From: Campylobacterota bacterium | Lineage (GTDB): Bacteria > Campylobacterota > Campylobacteria > Campylobacterales > Arcobacteraceae | Direction: 5' to 3' | DNA length: 64,000 bases | Assembly: GCA_051746405.1 (NCBI GenBank) | Contig: JBNJFB010000001.1 | Span: 118,335 to 182,334 of the forward strand | Shown here: positions 61,408 to 64,000 of the stretch, in pieces | Layout: each line of letters begins with the position of its first letter | Numbering within the stretch: position 1 is the stretch's first letter | The notes under the pieces: generated by a model | What the model saw: only the letters and a program-made list of their open reading frames with translations | Told to the model about the DNA's origin: nothing | Databases searched by the model: none | Position numbers and translations under genes: made by a program

Positions 61408-62817
61408 TTATGATAAGTCTTTTAGTGTTGCAATATTTGCAGCTAATTTATTATGAACCTCTAAGTATTCATCTTCAGGGTTACTATCAGCTACAACACC
61501 TGCACCTGCTTGGAATATTACAGTATCATCTGTTAGCATTGTAGTTCTAATAGTAATAGCACTATCCATATTCCCATCAAAACCAAAGTAAGCAATACTT
61601 CCTGAGTAGAAGTTTCTTTTAATTCCTTCAAATTGAGCAATTAACTCCATGGCTCTAATTTTTGGGGCACCTGTCATAGTACCAGCTGTAAAGGTAGCAG
61701 CAAATAGATCAAACATATCATACTGTTCATCTATAACAGCTTCCACATCTGAAACTATATGCATAACATGGGAGTATCTTTCAATTCTCATTAAATCAGT
61801 AACTTTTACAGTTCCTGCTTTTGCTACTCTTCCCACATCATTTCTTCCTAAATCAACCAACATAAGATGTTCAGCTTTCTCTTTTACATCATTTTTAAGC
61901 TCTTCTTCCATTTGTAAGTCTTTTTCTAAAGTCTTACCTCTTTTTCTTGTACCTGCAATTGGCCTTAGAAGTAAGTGTCCATCAACTAGTTTTATCATCA
62001 CTTCAGGAGAACTACCTGCTATACTAAAGTTTTCAAACTCTAAAAAGAATAAATAAGGACTAGGATTTTTACTTCTTAATGCCCTATAAAAACTTAGATG
62101 GTCAACTTTTGCTTTTTGTATAAATCTATTTGACATTAAAATTTGGAAAACATCACCTGTTTTTATCATCTCTTTTGATTTAGCAACCATATCAAAGAAC
62201 TTCTCTTTTGTATAGTTGAATTTTCCTTCATCTAAAATAGTTGCTTTTTTAGGTGCTTGATAGTTGTAAGGAGTATAGAGTTTCTTTTCTATTTTTTTTA
62301 AATCTTGTTTTTTATCTTCCATAGAGGTTACCATAACTAGTTTAGATGTTTTATGGGCAAAGCCTAAAATTATCTTAGGTCGTATTAAGTCTAAATCAGC
62401 AATATTTAATTGATCTTGTAAGTTATTCATAGAATCTTTTAGTTTAGGTTCAAACTCTTTTCCAATATCATAACCTACATTTCCAATAAAACCATCGACT
62501 AAGCCAATTCCAAGTTCTCTAGCTTTTTGTTTATATAGCTCTTTGTCAAACTGCTTATAGTATTTTTTTAAAAACTCTAAGGGGTTATTATCAACCTGTT
62601 TTATACTGCTATTTTCATCTTTATGGAAGCATTTATTGTCTTTGTACCAAACCCTCTCTCTTGCACCTATAACTATAAATGAGTAGTTCCCATCACTTGA
62701 GTTTATTGTACTTTCAAATAAAAAAGTTATCTCTTCTTGATATAACTCTTTTACCTTCTCATAAATAGAAACAGGCGTAAATTGATCTAAAAAAAGCTCT
62801 TTATTATAAAAATTCAT
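61408..62817 (-). CDS. trpE: Anthranilate synthase component I family protein
   Basis: NPSPY, SSPE, PIAGTR, EHLMLVDLGRND, GAPKIRAM, QAGAG; PabB not strictly excluded. Confidence 0.85.
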   Translation of the reverse strand: MNFYNKELFLDQFTPVSIYEKVKELYQEEITFLFESTINSSDGNYSFIVIGARERVWYKDNKCFHKDENSSIKQVDNNPLEFLKKYYKQFDKELYKQKARELGIGLVDGFIGNVGYDIGKEFEPKLKDSMNNLQDQLNIADLDLIRPKIILGFAHKTSKLVMVTSMEDKKQDLKKIEKKLYTPYNYQAPKKATILDEGKFNYTKEKFFDMVAKSKEMIKTGDVFQILMSNRFIQKAKVDHLSFYRALRSKNPSPYLFFLEFENFSIAGSSPEVMIKLVDGHLLLRPIAGTRKRGKTLEKDLQMEEELKNDVKEKAEHLMLVDLGRNDVGRVAKAGTVKVTDLMRIERYSHVMHIVSDVEAVIDEQYDMFDLFAATFTAGTMTGAPKIRAMELIAQFEGIKRNFYSGSIAYFGFDGNMDSAITIRTTMLTDDTVIFQAGAGVVADSNPEDEYLEVHNKLAANIATLKDLS

Positions 62818-62831
62818 ATACTACTTTCATT

Positions 62832-63773
62832 TTAAAATTTAAGTACATAAGCACCACTAAGATTAAGCTTTTCCTTAATATCAGGGATTTGCCCCTCTGC
62901 ACTTGCTCTTGATGAATAAGGTCCTATTAACACTTTATTGTACATTGTCCCTTTTACATCAACTCTATATATTTTGTATTTTAAGTTATTGTCTCTAATA
63001 TTTTGAATATAACCTTGTGATGGTGTTTTAGTAAAAGCACCTATTTGTACAAAATATCCTTGAGGTTTAGAACCAGAAGCATCTTTTACTAAGTCTTGTA
63101 CACTTTTCTTTGGTTTTGACTCTTCTTTTTTAGTGGCTTTATTTCTTTGTTCAAGCTCTTTTTTAGCTTCCATCTCTTTTCTTTTTTCTTCTTTGATTCT
63201 TTCGATTGTTTTATCTAAATCAGATTCAAGCTGTGAAGATTTTATTTGGTTGTTTTCTGGGTTAGTTACATCTTCTTTTACTTGGTTTATTTTCTCTTCT
63301 GAAACCATCTGTTCATCAGTGTTACTCTTTTTTACTCTATCATTCATTATTTTTTGAAAGTTTTCTTCTATATCTTTATCTTCTTGTTTGGTAGCTGTAT
63401 TATTCTCTTGAGTGAAAGGGTCCTCTTTTGAATCATCTGATAGAAGACGAATGATTATTATAGTAAGTAAAAATAAAACTACTAATACAAGTCCTAAGGC
63501 TAGGTATTTTTTCTTATTGTTTTCATTTGTAGTACCACCACCTTGAAGCATAATATTATCTAACTCTTGATCGTCATTGCTTTGAGCTTGATGCATAGAT
63601 TCCCTCTGCCTTGTCATATTTGTTACTTCTTCAAAAGTTTGACTATTAGAGTTATCATTAGTTTCATGAATTTGATTATTTGTATTATTCAATTCATTTA
63701 GTTTTTGTTCTAACTCTTCTCTTTCTTGGTGCTTTTGAATTTTTTTTAAAAAATCATCGCCTTTAATTTCCAT
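62832..63773 (-). CDS. SPOR-domain membrane protein (DedD/FtsN-like)
   Basis: One TM, low-complexity linker, YFVQIGAF...VLIGPY. Confidence 0.85.
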   Translation of the reverse strand: MEIKGDDFLKKIQKHQEREELEQKLNELNNTNNQIHETNDNSNSQTFEEVTNMTRQRESMHQAQSNDDQELDNIMLQGGGTTNENNKKKYLALGLVLVVLFLLTIIIIRLLSDDSKEDPFTQENNTATKQEDKDIEENFQKIMNDRVKKSNTDEQMVSEEKINQVKEDVTNPENNQIKSSQLESDLDKTIERIKEEKRKEMEAKKELEQRNKATKKEESKPKKSVQDLVKDASGSKPQGYFVQIGAFTKTPSQGYIQNIRDNNLKYKIYRVDVKGTMYNKVLIGPYSSRASAEGQIPDIKEKLNLSGAYVLKF

Positions 63774-63795
63774 AGTTGATTCCTTATATCAAAGT

Positions 63796-64000
63796 TTAAT
63801 ACGTTGACTTGCTGTAAATAACAAAGTTGGAAGCTAAATCCTTAAGCTCATCTTTGATTTTAGCTTGAAGGTCAGTGTTGTTAATATCATCTAAAACATC
63901 TGCAATCTTGTTTCCTATGATTTCAAACTCTTTTTCTTTCATCCCTCTTGTTGTTAAAGCTGCACTTCCTATTCTAACTCCACTTGTTACAAATGGACTT
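63796..64000 (-). CDS. glyA: Serine hydroxymethyltransferase, C-terminal part (5' partial)
   Basis: Manual translation [25 protein letters not shown]...FVIYSKSTY*. Confidence 0.93.
   Translation of the reverse strand, partial: SPFVTSGVRIGSAALTTRGMKEKEFEIIGNKIADVLDDINNTDLQAKIKDELKDLASNFVIYSKSTY

Overview
AT-rich chromosomal window from a Campylobacterota bacterium, most consistent with Arcobacteraceae (gene order pyrH-rpoZ-spoT-tyrS-NPD-amiA, rplY-pth-lptG, glyA-SPOR-trpE-pdxJ-pdxA; CheV; TATAAT promoters without a clear -35). No rRNA, tRNA, CRISPR array, IS or prophage was recognised. From about 31 kb to the end it is mostly housekeeping genes. The first 31 kb is accessory: mrpA, a Fur/Zur-family regulator divergent from znuA and a fused DUF1007-RcnA/NicO permease, two transsulfuration enzymes, a TauD-like dioxygenase, ZupT, a TetR-RND-TolC pump, and a sufBCDSE-sufT operon divergent from an N-terminally truncated nifU with three copies of a 19-bp operator between them. 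The best candidate for an undescribed system is the four-gene minus-strand operon at 24904-30968. It encodes an M20 CPG2-like carboxypeptidase, a RimK-like ATP-grasp ligase, a divergent ATP-grasp ligase with a C-terminal tandem helix-hairpin-helix, and a large signal-less M14 carboxypeptidase with Fn3 and repeated beta-sandwich domains. Two candidate peptide-bond writers and two erasers suggest reversible peptide tagging or polymer synthesis and turnover. Items missed by the ORF track: partial mrpA and glyA, two small membrane proteins, a frameshifted Crp/Fnr remnant, a probable ATT start for amiA and two probable leaderless mRNAs. All calls come from reading motifs by eye; no searches were run.
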